A DNA stretch of 64,000 nucleotides, taken from Frankiales bacterium (GTDB taxonomy: Bacteria > Actinomycetota > Actinomycetes > JAFAQI01). Below the pieces are notes generated by a model. That model ran no database searches, was not told where the DNA came from, and saw nothing but the letters and a program-made list of their open reading frames with translations. Location: the NCBI GenBank assembly GCA_025980465.1, contig JAICXJ010000009.1, positions 885 through 64,884 of the forward strand, read 5' to 3'. The position numbers were made by a program, and so were the translations under genes. Below are positions 33,411 through 42,629 of the stretch, piece by piece; the first letter of the stretch is position 1; the number at the start of each line of letters is the position of its first letter.

Positions 33411-34360
33411 GTGGAGCGACCGATCATCTACCGCGGCTGCTCGCGCTCGTGCCGTGGCTGCTTGCCCACCCCGGCACCGAGGTCTCCGACGTGGCGCGGG
33501 AGTTCGGAATCACCGAGGCGCAGGTGCGCGCCGACGTGAACCTGCTCTGGATGTGTGGGCTGCCGGGCTACGGTCCCGGCGACCTCATCGACGTGACCTG
33601 GCACGGCGACCGGGTGACGCTGTCGAACGCCGAGACGATCGAGCGGCCGCTGCGGCTCACCAGCGACGAAGCGCTAGCGATGATCACCGCGCTGCGGGCG
33701 CTCTCCGGCGTACCCGGCATCGTCTCCACCGAGGCGATCGACCGGGCGCTCGCCAAGCTCGAGGCGGCTGCCGGTACCGCCGGCGTCGCTGACCGGGTGG
33801 TCGCGGCGCCCGAGTCGGGCACCGACGTCGAGATCGTGACCACCGCCTCGAACGCCCTCGCCCGTGGCCGCCGGCTCCACCTGAGGTACTGGGTGCCGGC
33901 GCGTGATGAAGCCACCGAGCGAGATGTCGATCCGTTGCGGCTGTTCACCAGCGACGGGTCGGCATACCTGAAGGGCTACTGCCACGCTTCGGAGGACCTG
34001 CGCACTTTCAAGCTCAGCCGGGTGCTCTCGGCGGAGATCCTGGACGTGGCCGTCGCGGCGCCGGACGAAGCCCGGCGCCGCGCGTTCGATGCGGACCTGT
34101 TCACCCCGGCCGCGGATGACCGGCTCGTGACGTTCTCGCTGGACCCGGCCGCCCGCTGGGTGTCGGACTACTACCCCTGCGAGACGGTGCAGGAGCGCGG
34201 CGACGGCGGACTAATCGTGCAAATGCGGTCACATGATGACGATTGGGTGCGTTGGCTTGCGCTCGGCCTCGCGGGTGTGGCTGTCCTGACCGAACCATTG
34301 GATCTCGCCGCCGAAGTCCGACATGTCGCGGCTTGTGCCCTGGCGGCCTACCAGAACTAG
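33407..34360 (+). CDS. pafC: WYL-domain regulator PafC
   Basis: RLLALVPW, LWMCGLPGYGPGDLID, AYL, WVSDYYP. Confidence 0.95.
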   Translation: MSGATDHLPRLLALVPWLLAHPGTEVSDVAREFGITEAQVRADVNLLWMCGLPGYGPGDLIDVTWHGDRVTLSNAETIERPLRLTSDEALAMITALRALSGVPGIVSTEAIDRALAKLEAAAGTAGVADRVVAAPESGTDVEIVTTASNALARGRRLHLRYWVPARDEATERDVDPLRLFTSDGSAYLKGYCHASEDLRTFKLSRVLSAEILDVAVAAPDEARRRAFDADLFTPAADDRLVTFSLDPAARWVSDYYPCETVQERGDGGLIVQMRSHDDDWVRWLALGLAGVAVLTEPLDLAAEVRHVAACALAAYQN

Positions 34361-34382
34361 TTCCTTCGCGCCGGTTGTCCGT

Positions 34383-34409
34383 TAAGCCAGAGCGGTGATC
34401 TGCCGAAGA
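34383..34409 (+). promoter_or_regulatory. Sigma28/WhiG/FliA-type promoter
   Basis: TAAG-N15-GCCGAAGA, about 50 nt upstream of the GTG at 34460. Confidence 0.55.
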
Positions 34410-34459
34410 GAGGTTCTACGTCACTTGCCCGAAGGTGACAGGACCGGAGGTTGGCAGCC

Positions 34460-34792
34460 GTGACCACGATCAAGGCGTCCTGCCCGAGCTGTGGCGAGGT
34501 CGAACTGAGCAACGACGACGTTCGCCTGCGGGTGTGCAGCCACGGTCCGCTGTCCTACTACTCCTTCACCTGTCCAGAGTGCGCAGAGCTGGTCCGCAAG
34601 CCGGCCGACGACCACATCGTGTCGCTGCTGATGTCCGGTGGTGTCCGCGCCGAGGTGTGGGAGGTCCCGGCCGAGGCGCTCGAGCCGAAGTCAGGCGCCG
34701 AGCTGACCTACGACGACCTGCTCGACTTCGTGCTGCAGCTGGGCCGCGACGACATGCTCGCCGCCCGCGCGACGCAGCCGGCTCACCACTGA
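34460..34792 (+). CDS. Conserved small Zn-ribbon protein
   Basis: GGAGG RBS; CPSC...YSFTCPEC, LTYDDLLDF. Confidence 0.85.
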   Translation: MTTIKASCPSCGEVELSNDDVRLRVCSHGPLSYYSFTCPECAELVRKPADDHIVSLLMSGGVRAEVWEVPAEALEPKSGAELTYDDLLDFVLQLGRDDMLAARATQPAHH

Positions 34793-34851
34793 GACCGGCG
34801 ATCACTCGGCGTTCCTGACGAGGTAGGCCGCGCTGCCATTAGCCTTCGGGC

Positions 34852-35052
34852 ATGCCCTGGGTGGTTTTCTACGTCGGAATCGCCGTCCTCGGGCTTGCTG
34901 TCCTCGGCTTGCTCACCTTCCGCCTCTACCGGCAGGTCCGGCAGTTCGCGCGTGACATCGGCGCGGCCGGAGAGCGGATTTCAGCCGCCAGCGCCGCGAT
35001 GGAGCAGGTGCCCGTCAGTTCGAACCGATCCCGCGGCGCCCGAAGGTCGTAA
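34852..35052 (+). CDS. Small membrane protein upstream of tatA
   Basis: One N-terminal TM helix plus an amphipathic helix; TAGCCT-6 nt-ATG. Confidence 0.75.
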   Translation: MPWVVFYVGIAVLGLAVLGLLTFRLYRQVRQFARDIGAAGERISAASAAMEQVPVSSNRSRGARRS

Positions 35053-35083
35053 ACTAGGAGGCGGCTAGAGGAGAGGACCACTC

Positions 35084-35323
35084 ATGGACATCGGTTGGCC
35101 AGAGATCGCCATCATCGCGGTCGTCATCCTCGTGCTCTTCGGCTCGAAGAAGCTTCCCGACGCCGCCCGGTCGCTCGGCCGGTCGATGCGGATCCTGAAG
35201 GCCGAGGTCAAGGGACTGCACGACGACGAGCCGAGCCCGCCCGCGGAGATCACTGCCGCTCCTCCGACCTCGAGCCCTCCGGCCGAGATCGTAGGCGCAG
35301 GCGAGCCCAAATCCACGCCGTAG
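35084..35323 (+). CDS. tatA: Tat translocase TatA
   Basis: [24 protein letters not shown]. Confidence 0.96.
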   Translation: MDIGWPEIAIIAVVILVLFGSKKLPDAARSLGRSMRILKAEVKGLHDDEPSPPAEITAAPPTSSPPAEIVGAGEPKSTP

Positions 35324-35364
35324 CGGCCGTCCGGCACTAACAGTCGCCACCGCCGGATCTGGCG

Positions 35365-36213
35365 ATGAGGATGCCGCGCCCGGCACGGGCGCATACCGAC
35401 CGCTCGCCTGACGGTCGGATGACGCTGGCCGAGCATCTCTACGAGTTGCGCTACCGGGTCGTCGTCTCGGCCATCGCGGTGATCGTGACGACGATCGTCG
35501 CCTACGTCTTCCACACCCATATCCTCCATTTCCTCACCCACCCGTACTGCACGCTGCCGGCCAAGGACCGCGCGATTCAGGGCCGCTGCGTTCTGGTCAC
35601 CGGCGGCGTCCTGGAACCATTCACCGTCACGCTGAAGATCTCGCTGTACGCCGGTGTGCTCGCCGCATCTCCGGTGTGGCTGTATCAACTCTGGCGTTTC
35701 ATCACGCCGGGTCTCTATGCGCATGAGAAGCGTTACGCCACCGCATTCGTCACCTCGTCGGTGCTGCTCTTCGCACTGGGTGCGGCGTTCGCCTATCTCA
35801 CGCTCGAGAAGGGCCTGCACTTCCTGCTCGGCTTCGCGAACGGCGGAATCGCCTCGCTGCTGCAAGTGAACGCGTACCTGGGATTCGTCACCGCAATGGT
35901 CCTGATCTTTGCGGTCTCGTTCGAGTTCCCGCTGCTGGTGATCATGCTGAACCTGATCGGCGTGCTGTCTGCCGCCCGGCTCCGCGCGTGGGCCCTCGCG
36001 ATCATCTTCGGGATCTTTGTTTTCGCCGCCGTCGCCACGCCGAGTCAGGATCCGATCACGATGAGCGCACTGGCGATCCCGATGTGCCTTCTCTACGGCA
36101 TATCCGTCCTGGTCGCCTCGATCCACGACCGGCGAGTCGCTGCCCGCGGGCCGCTCTACGATCTCCCGGATGATCAGCTGTCGAGCATCGACGACGAAGC
36201 TGCCATCACATGA
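35365..36213 (+). CDS. tatC: Tat translocase TatC
   Basis: MTLAEHLYELR, YQLWRFITPGL, FEFP, TPSQD. Confidence 0.96.
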   Translation: MRMPRPARAHTDRSPDGRMTLAEHLYELRYRVVVSAIAVIVTTIVAYVFHTHILHFLTHPYCTLPAKDRAIQGRCVLVTGGVLEPFTVTLKISLYAGVLAASPVWLYQLWRFITPGLYAHEKRYATAFVTSSVLLFALGAAFAYLTLEKGLHFLLGFANGGIASLLQVNAYLGFVTAMVLIFAVSFEFPLLVIMLNLIGVLSAARLRAWALAIIFGIFVFAAVATPSQDPITMSALAIPMCLLYGISVLVASIHDRRVAARGPLYDLPDDQLSSIDDEAAIT

Positions 36214-37100
36214 GGACTAGCGACGTCGCGCTAATCGTGAATCCCACCGCCGGCAAGGGGCGGGCCGCCAGGCTGGTCGCCGCTGTTGCCGGCCGGATTC
36301 GCGAGGCAGGGGCCAACGTCTCGATCCTCATCGGCCACGACGCCGAGGACGCAGTGACCTTGGCCCGCAAGGCGGCGGCGGACGGAGCGAGCGCGGTTGT
36401 CGCGCTCGGCGGCGACGGCATGGTCCACCTCGCGCTCAATGCCGTCGCCGGCACCGACACGCCGCTCGGTATCGTCCCGGCGGGGACCGGCAACGACCTT
36501 GCCCACACCCTCGGCCTGCCCACCAACGACCCATTGGCCGCGGCCGCCCTTGTCGCGCAGCGGTTGGCGGCCGGCGGGGCATGGCCGATGGACGCGATCC
36601 GAGTCGGCGAGAAGTGGTTCGGCTGCGTCCTCGGCTGCGGTTTCGACTCCCGGGTCAACGACCGAGCGAATCGGATGAGCTGGCCGAAGGGAAAGATGCG
36701 CTACAACTTCGCGATGCTCGCCGAGCTCCCGGTGTTCTCACCCCTACCGTTCCGGTTGGTGCTCGACGACGGGGAGCCATGGGAAACCGACGCCATGCTT
36801 GTTGCGATCGGCAACGCCCAGTCATACGGCGCCGGGATGAAGGTGCTTCCCGACGCCGACGTCCGCGACGGCCTGCTCGATGTGATGGTGCTCGGACCGG
36901 TCAGCAAGCCCGAGTTCTTGAAGACCTTCCCGAAGGTGTTCAAGGGCACCCACGTCAGCCACCCGGCGGTGACCGTGAAGCGGGCACGCACCATCGAGGT
37001 CTCTTCGCCAGGCGTCACGGCGTACGCCGACGGCGAGTACCTCGCCGACCTCCCGATCCGCTGCGAGTGCGTACCGGGCGCGGTCCAGATCCTGGCCTGA
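36210..37100 (+). CDS. Diacylglycerol/lipid kinase family protein
   Basis: NPTAG, GGDG, PAGTGND, YGAG, DGE. Confidence 0.92.
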   Translation: MRTSDVALIVNPTAGKGRAARLVAAVAGRIREAGANVSILIGHDAEDAVTLARKAAADGASAVVALGGDGMVHLALNAVAGTDTPLGIVPAGTGNDLAHTLGLPTNDPLAAAALVAQRLAAGGAWPMDAIRVGEKWFGCVLGCGFDSRVNDRANRMSWPKGKMRYNFAMLAELPVFSPLPFRLVLDDGEPWETDAMLVAIGNAQSYGAGMKVLPDADVRDGLLDVMVLGPVSKPEFLKTFPKVFKGTHVSHPAVTVKRARTIEVSSPGVTAYADGEYLADLPIRCECVPGAVQILA

Positions 37101-37144
37101 GCCTTTCTTCAAGCCGCTCCACCCACCCGGCCTACGCTGGGGTG

Positions 37145-39850
37145 ATGGCGAGCCCGGCGGAGCGCTATGCCGAGGCTCGACGTCGAGGGGCGCGACCGGC
37201 ACTGACGGAGTTCGCGGCCGGATACGGCTTCGAGTTCGACGACTTCCAGCTGCGTGCTTGTGAGGCACTCGAGGCGGGGCATGGTGTGCTCGTCGCTGCC
37301 CCGACCGGTGCCGGCAAGACCCTGGTCGGTGAATTCGCCGTCCATCTCGCGCTTCGCTCCGGCGGCAAGTGCTTCTACACGACGCCGATCAAGGCGCTGT
37401 CGAACCAGAAGTACCACGATCTCACCGAGCGGTATGGCGCCGAGTCGGTCGGCTTGCTGACGGGCGACAACTCGATCAACGGTGAGGCCGCCGTCGTCGT
37501 CATGACGACGGAGGTGCTTCGCAACATGCTGTACGCCGGCTCGCCGACGCTCACCGGACTGTCCTCGGTCGTGATGGACGAGGTGCACTATCTCGCCGAC
37601 CGGTTCCGCGGACCGGTATGGGAGGAGGTCATCCTGCACCTGCCGGCCGACGTGCAACTCGTGTCATTGTCCGCGACAGTCAGCAACGCCGAGGAGTTCG
37701 GCGAATGGCTGCAGGAGGTGCGAGGCGACACGACGGTCATCGTCGAAGAACACCGACCCGTGCCGCTCTGGCAGTCGGTGATGGTCCGCGACCGGTTGTA
37801 CGACCTGTTCATCGACGATGCGCAGCAAGAGGTCAATCCGCAGCTCTCGCGGCTCGCGGCGCAGGAAGCGCGGTTCGGGCGGTTTCACGACGATCGGCGG
37901 CCGCACCGCGGTGGCAAACGACCGCGTCCATTCAACGGCCCGCGCCGCCCCGATGTTGTTGAGCGGCTGGAGCGGGACGGCCTGCTTCCGGCGATCGTGT
38001 TCATCTTCAGCCGCGCCGGCTGCGACGCGGCAGTGCGTCAATGCCTGCGGGCCGGGCTGCGCCTGACGCATCCGGACGAGCGCGACCGGATCCGCGAGGT
38101 CGTCGAGCGCCGGATAGCGGCGATCCCGAGCGAGGACCTCGCCGTACTCGGATCCGACGAGTTCATCGACGGGCTGATGCGCGGCATCGCCGCCCACCAC
38201 GCCGGACTGCTGCCAGTGTTCAAGGAGGCAGTGGAGGAGCTGTTCGTTGCCGGCCTGGTGCAGGTCGTGTTCGCCACCGAGACCCTCGCGCTCGGCATCA
38301 ACATGCCGGCTCGAAGCGTCGTCCTCGAGTCGCTGGTCAAATGGAACGGCGAGGCGCACGTCGACCTCACGCCGGGGGAGTACACCCAACTGACCGGACG
38401 CGCCGGCCGGCGCGGCATCGACATCGAGGGTCACGGCGTCGTGCTGTGGACCAGCGGCTTCGATCCCCGCCATGTGGCGAGCCTCGCCTCGACGCGTACC
38501 TATCCGCTTCGATCGAGCTTCCGGCCCTCCTACAACATGGCTGTCAACCTCGTCGCCGCAATGGGTCGCCCCGCGGCCCGCGAACTCCTTGAGTCGTCGT
38601 TCGCGCAGTTCCAGGCTGACCGGGCTGTGGTCGGGCTGTCCCGCCAGGTCAGGCGCAACCACGAGGCGCTCGAGGGCTACCGGGAGGCCATGACGTGCCA
38701 TCTCGGTGACTTTGGTGAGTACGCCGCGCTGCGCCGCGCGCTGTCCGACCGCGAGTCGCTGCTGGCCAAGGATCGCGCGGGCCAGCGGCGGGCCGCCGCG
38801 GCGGCATCCTTCGAAACGCTGCGGGTCGGTGACGTGATCCGGATGCCAGCGGGGCGACACGCCCAATTGGCCATCGTCGTGGATCCCGACGTCGCAGGCG
38901 GGACGCCCCGCACGCTGGTCGTCACCGCCGATCGCCAACTCAAGCGGTTGGCGCCGTCGGACTTCGGCTCCGCCGTCGTCCCGGTCGGCAAGGTCCGACT
39001 ACCTCGCAACTTCGATCCACGGTCGCCACAGTCCCGCCGCGATCTGGTGTCGAGTCTGCGGGCCTTGGACCTCGAGACCGAGACGAAACGGGCGCCGAAG
39101 AGCCGCAGTGCGGCGGCCGATGACGCCGACATCGCGCGGCTCCGTGCCGCGATCCGCCGACACCCATGCCACGGCTGTCCGGATCGCGAACACCATGCCC
39201 GTTGGGCCGAGCGCCATGACCGCCTCCAGCGCGACACCGACGCGCTGGAGCGCCGGGTGCGCAACCGGACCGGGACTTTGGCGCGGACCTTCGACTCGGT
39301 CTGCGACGTGCTGACGTCGCTCGGCTACTTCACTGACGACGAGATCACACCCGCCGGTCGGTCACTCGCCCGGCTCTACGGTGAGTCGGACCTGTTGGTC
39401 GCAGAGTCGCTGCGTGCCGGTGCCTGGGATGACCTCGACCCGGCAGAACTGTCAGCCGTGGTGTCGGCACTGGTCTACGAGGCCCGTCGCGACGACGATC
39501 CGGCGCCGAAGCTGCCACCGGGGCGCTGCCGATCCGCACTGGAGGATCTCGAGCGACGGTGGGACACGCTGCGCGGTGTCGAGGCCGACGCCGGGTTGTC
39601 GTTCCTGCGCCGGCCCGAGCCTGGTTTCGCGTGGCTGGCGTGGCGCTGGGCGAAGGGCCACACGCTCGATGCGGTCCTTCGCGACAGTCCGCTCGCGCCC
39701 GGTGACTTCGTCCGCTGGATGAAGCAGCTGATCGACCTGCTCGATCAGATCACCGATGCGGCTGTCGACGGCTCGCCGGTCCGCGCCACCGCCGCCGCAG
39801 CTGTCGGACAGCTTCGCCGCGGTGTCGTCGCGTACTCAGGCATGAGCTGA
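37145..39850 (+). CDS. helY: Ski2-like RNA helicase HelY
   Basis: APTGAGKT, PIKALSNQKY, DEVH, LSAT, GRAGRRG. Confidence 0.93.
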   Translation: MASPAERYAEARRRGARPALTEFAAGYGFEFDDFQLRACEALEAGHGVLVAAPTGAGKTLVGEFAVHLALRSGGKCFYTTPIKALSNQKYHDLTERYGAESVGLLTGDNSINGEAAVVVMTTEVLRNMLYAGSPTLTGLSSVVMDEVHYLADRFRGPVWEEVILHLPADVQLVSLSATVSNAEEFGEWLQEVRGDTTVIVEEHRPVPLWQSVMVRDRLYDLFIDDAQQEVNPQLSRLAAQEARFGRFHDDRRPHRGGKRPRPFNGPRRPDVVERLERDGLLPAIVFIFSRAGCDAAVRQCLRAGLRLTHPDERDRIREVVERRIAAIPSEDLAVLGSDEFIDGLMRGIAAHHAGLLPVFKEAVEELFVAGLVQVVFATETLALGINMPARSVVLESLVKWNGEAHVDLTPGEYTQLTGRAGRRGIDIEGHGVVLWTSGFDPRHVASLASTRTYPLRSSFRPSYNMAVNLVAAMGRPAARELLESSFAQFQADRAVVGLSRQVRRNHEALEGYREAMTCHLGDFGEYAALRRALSDRESLLAKDRAGQRRAAAAASFETLRVGDVIRMPAGRHAQLAIVVDPDVAGGTPRTLVVTADRQLKRLAPSDFGSAVVPVGKVRLPRNFDPRSPQSRRDLVSSLRALDLETETKRAPKSRSAAADDADIARLRAAIRRHPCHGCPDREHHARWAERHDRLQRDTDALERRVRNRTGTLARTFDSVCDVLTSLGYFTDDEITPAGRSLARLYGESDLLVAESLRAGAWDDLDPAELSAVVSALVYEARRDDDPAPKLPPGRCRSALEDLERRWDTLRGVEADAGLSFLRRPEPGFAWLAWRWAKGHTLDAVLRDSPLAPGDFVRWMKQLIDLLDQITDAAVDGSPVRATAAAAVGQLRRGVVAYSGMS

Positions 39851-40765
39851 GGCGAGCGCGGCGAGCACCCGCTCGACGGAACTGCCGAGCCCCCATCTCC
39901 CGACCAGCTCCTGGAGGGCGTCCGGATCGGCCGGTCGGGCCGGCAGGGTCGCGTCGTACTGGCCCAGCTTGGCGTCGCGCTTCACCGCGACGACGAGGCG
40001 GGCGCGGTCCAGATAGTCGGCGGCGGCAAGGATCTTCGGGCGGCAACCGCGCGGGAAGCCCACGTCGGACTCGGCTGCCGCCTCGACGACACCGTCGAGA
40101 TCACCGAACGTGGTGATGAGCGCTGCCGCCGTCTTGTCGCCCACTCCGGGTACGCCGGGCAGGCCGTCCGAGGGATCGCCCCGCAGCGTGGCGAAGTCCG
40201 CGTAGGCGCGACCGGGGATGTTGTAACGGCTGGTGACAGCAGCCTCGTCGATAATCTCGCGGTTTCCGACACCCTTTGCGATGTAGACGATCCGCACCGC
40301 GCGCTCGTCGTCGACGAGTTGGAACAGATCGCGGTCACCCGTGACGATCTCGACCGGCATCGTCGCCGTCGCGGTCAGCGTGCCGATCACGTCATCCGCC
40401 TCGCAGTCGGGGAGGCCGATCCGGCATAAGCCCAGCGCGTCCAGCGCCGCCTCGATGATCGGCACCTGCGGGCTGAGCAGGTCCGGTACCTCCTCGGCGA
40501 GCCCGTCTCCGGCTACCCGATGGGTCTTGTACGTCGGGATCGCCTCGACCCGCCAGGCCGGTCGCCAGTCGTCGTCCATCGCCGCGACGAGATGGGTCGG
40601 GTGGCGGTCCTCGACGAGCCTCGCGATGTAGTCGAGAAACCCGCGCACCGCGTTCGTCGGCGTGCCGTCCGGCGCCACCACTGTGTCCGGCACGCCGTAG
40701 AAGGCGCGGAAGTACATCGACGCGGAGTCGAGCAACAGCAGCCGGTGATCGGCGTCGTTCGCCAT
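39836..40765 (-). CDS. 5'-3' exonuclease (flap endonuclease-like)
   Basis: LLDSASMYFRAFYG, YKTHR, EADD, TGDRD, GDPSDGLPGVPGVG. Confidence 0.93.
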   Translation of the reverse strand: MANDADHRLLLLDSASMYFRAFYGVPDTVVAPDGTPTNAVRGFLDYIARLVEDRHPTHLVAAMDDDWRPAWRVEAIPTYKTHRVAGDGLAEEVPDLLSPQVPIIEAALDALGLCRIGLPDCEADDVIGTLTATATMPVEIVTGDRDLFQLVDDERAVRIVYIAKGVGNREIIDEAAVTSRYNIPGRAYADFATLRGDPSDGLPGVPGVGDKTAAALITTFGDLDGVVEAAAESDVGFPRGCRPKILAAADYLDRARLVVAVKRDAKLGQYDATLPARPADPDALQELVGRWGLGSSVERVLAALASAHA

Positions 40766-40783
40766 GAATGGCACGCTAGCGGT

Positions 40784-41461
40784 ATGCCGCACCTCGATCG
40801 CGACGGTGATCTCGCCGTGCTCAACATCGGAGCCGACGAGAACCGGTTTACCGTCGACTGGCTCGCCCAGATCCACGCCTGCCTCGACGAGGTGGCGTTG
40901 ATGCCGGCGCCCGTAGCGCTGGTCACGGTGGCGGAAGGGAAGTTCTGGTCGAACGGTCTGGACCTGGACTGGCTCACGACGCATCTCGATCAGGCGGGGG
41001 AGTACGTCGCCTCGGTCCAGTCGCTGTTTTCCCGGACCATGACCCTTGGTGTCCCGACCGTTGCGGCGATCCAGGGTCACTGCTTCGCAGCCGGCGCGCT
41101 TCTCGCGCTTGCTCACGACTGGCGTGTGATGCGGGCCGACCGCGGGTTCTTCTGTCTGCCCGAGGTCGACATCAACATCCCGTTCTCGGTCGGCATGGAT
41201 GCGCTGCTGCGCGCCAAGCTCCCCATCGCGACCGCGGTCGAGGCAATGACAACCGGTCGCCGCTACGGCGGGGACGAGGCCGTTGCTGCCGGCATCGTCG
41301 ACGTTGCCGTGGCCGAGGACGAGGTCCGTTCGACCGCGCTCGAAAGGGCTCGCCCGCTTGCCGGGAAGGCCGGGCCGACCTTGGCGACGATCAAGGGACG
41401 GATGTTCGCCGATCCGGCTGCGCGGCTCGCCGTGGTGGAAGGGCTCGCGGTTGGCGACTGA
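40784..41461 (+). CDS. Enoyl-CoA hydratase/isomerase
   Basis: FWSNGLDL, PTVAAIQGHCFAAG, LPEV. Confidence 0.92.
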   Translation: MPHLDRDGDLAVLNIGADENRFTVDWLAQIHACLDEVALMPAPVALVTVAEGKFWSNGLDLDWLTTHLDQAGEYVASVQSLFSRTMTLGVPTVAAIQGHCFAAGALLALAHDWRVMRADRGFFCLPEVDINIPFSVGMDALLRAKLPIATAVEAMTTGRRYGGDEAVAAGIVDVAVAEDEVRSTALERARPLAGKAGPTLATIKGRMFADPAARLAVVEGLAVGD

Positions 41462-42629
41462 CGTCCTCACCGTCGGGTCGTCCACCGCCGGCGATCAGGA
41501 GGTCCGGCAGGCCGGCGAGGTGCGCAGCCGGCGGGTCGAATCGATGCGTGCGCTGGCGGCTCTCGCAGTGCTTCTCACCCACGCCTACGGCTTCACGCAC
41601 CTGACGAACGTGACGTTTTCCGGCGCTGTCGCGCATGTCGCCCTCGGCGGTGCCTGGGGCGTGTATGTCTTCTTCGCGCTGTCCGGCTATCTGATCTTCC
41701 TTCCGTTCGCTCGGCACTGGTGGGGGAGCGGCGTACCGATCAGCTACCGGAAGTACGCCCTGAACCGCGCGCTTCGAATCCTGCCGATCTACTACACGAT
41801 CCTGCTGATCTACACGGGCTGGCACCGCGACGGCGGCTCGTGGTCGGTGTTTCCGCGGTTCGCGGGATTCTGGGAGAACTACAGCATTCACACGATCTAC
41901 CTGACCGACGGGCCGATGTGGTCACTCGTCGACGAAGTGCAGTTCTACGTGCTGCTCCCGGTTCTCGCGGCCCTCCTCGCGATCGTCAGCTTCCGCTCGC
42001 GGCGCTGGGCGGTCGTCGCGCTGCTTGTCATCGGCGCGGTCTCCGGAGGTGCTCGGCTGTGGTACTGGCTGGCGACCAGCCATCCATCGATGCTGGTCGA
42101 GTTCCACCAAAGGCACTGGTATCTATGGGTCGTTTCGCTGCCCATGACGTTCGTCTTCTTCGTGCCGGGGATGCTTCTCGCATTGATGCGGGTGTCATGG
42201 CAGGAGCGTCGCCCGGCATGGACCGACGGGTTCTTGGGTCGCGGTGAGGCCTGGTTCGCGGCGGGCGTGGTCGTCTTCCTCGTGGGGTGCACCAACTCCT
42301 ACCTGCAGGTGGCGGATCTGATCGTGTTGTTCGGATCGTTCCTGGTGGTCGGATCGGTCGTCTTGCCGTTCCCGTCGGCGGCTCGACTGGCTTTTCTCGA
42401 CTGGCGGCCGATCGCGCTGCTTGGCATCGCGTCGTACAGCTTCTACCTGGTGCATCAGCCGATGGTCGAACTGCTCGCCGGCGCCTCCTGGTATCCGAAC
42501 GGCTTCGCCGCCGTACTCGTGGGATCGCTGGTCGTCTGCTGCGGCCTCGCTGCGATCGGGTACGCCGTGATCGAGCGCACCTTCCTTCGGTTGCGCCGCG
42601 GCTGGTCGCCAGGCCGCGCGGCGCAGTGA
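41451..42629 (+). CDS. Acyltransferase-3 (OafA-like) membrane O-acyltransferase
   Basis: RALAALAVLLTH, FFALSGYL, RALRILP, WSLVDEVQFY, SYSFYLVH; start approximate. Confidence 0.88.
   Translation: MATDVLTVGSSTAGDQEVRQAGEVRSRRVESMRALAALAVLLTHAYGFTHLTNVTFSGAVAHVALGGAWGVYVFFALSGYLIFLPFARHWWGSGVPISYRKYALNRALRILPIYYTILLIYTGWHRDGGSWSVFPRFAGFWENYSIHTIYLTDGPMWSLVDEVQFYVLLPVLAALLAIVSFRSRRWAVVALLVIGAVSGGARLWYWLATSHPSMLVEFHQRHWYLWVVSLPMTFVFFVPGMLLALMRVSWQERRPAWTDGFLGRGEAWFAAGVVVFLVGCTNSYLQVADLIVLFGSFLVVGSVVLPFPSAARLAFLDWRPIALLGIASYSFYLVHQPMVELLAGASWYPNGFAAVLVGSLVVCCGLAAIGYAVIERTFLRLRRGWSPGRAAQ

Noticed and set aside
36581-37144. Apparent long N-terminal extensions in the ORF track (helY here; also 18215, 39836-41485, 44204, 29648)
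   Set aside because: The extensions overlap neighbouring real genes; true starts are marked by family N-termini and adjacent -10 elements or stop/start overlaps.
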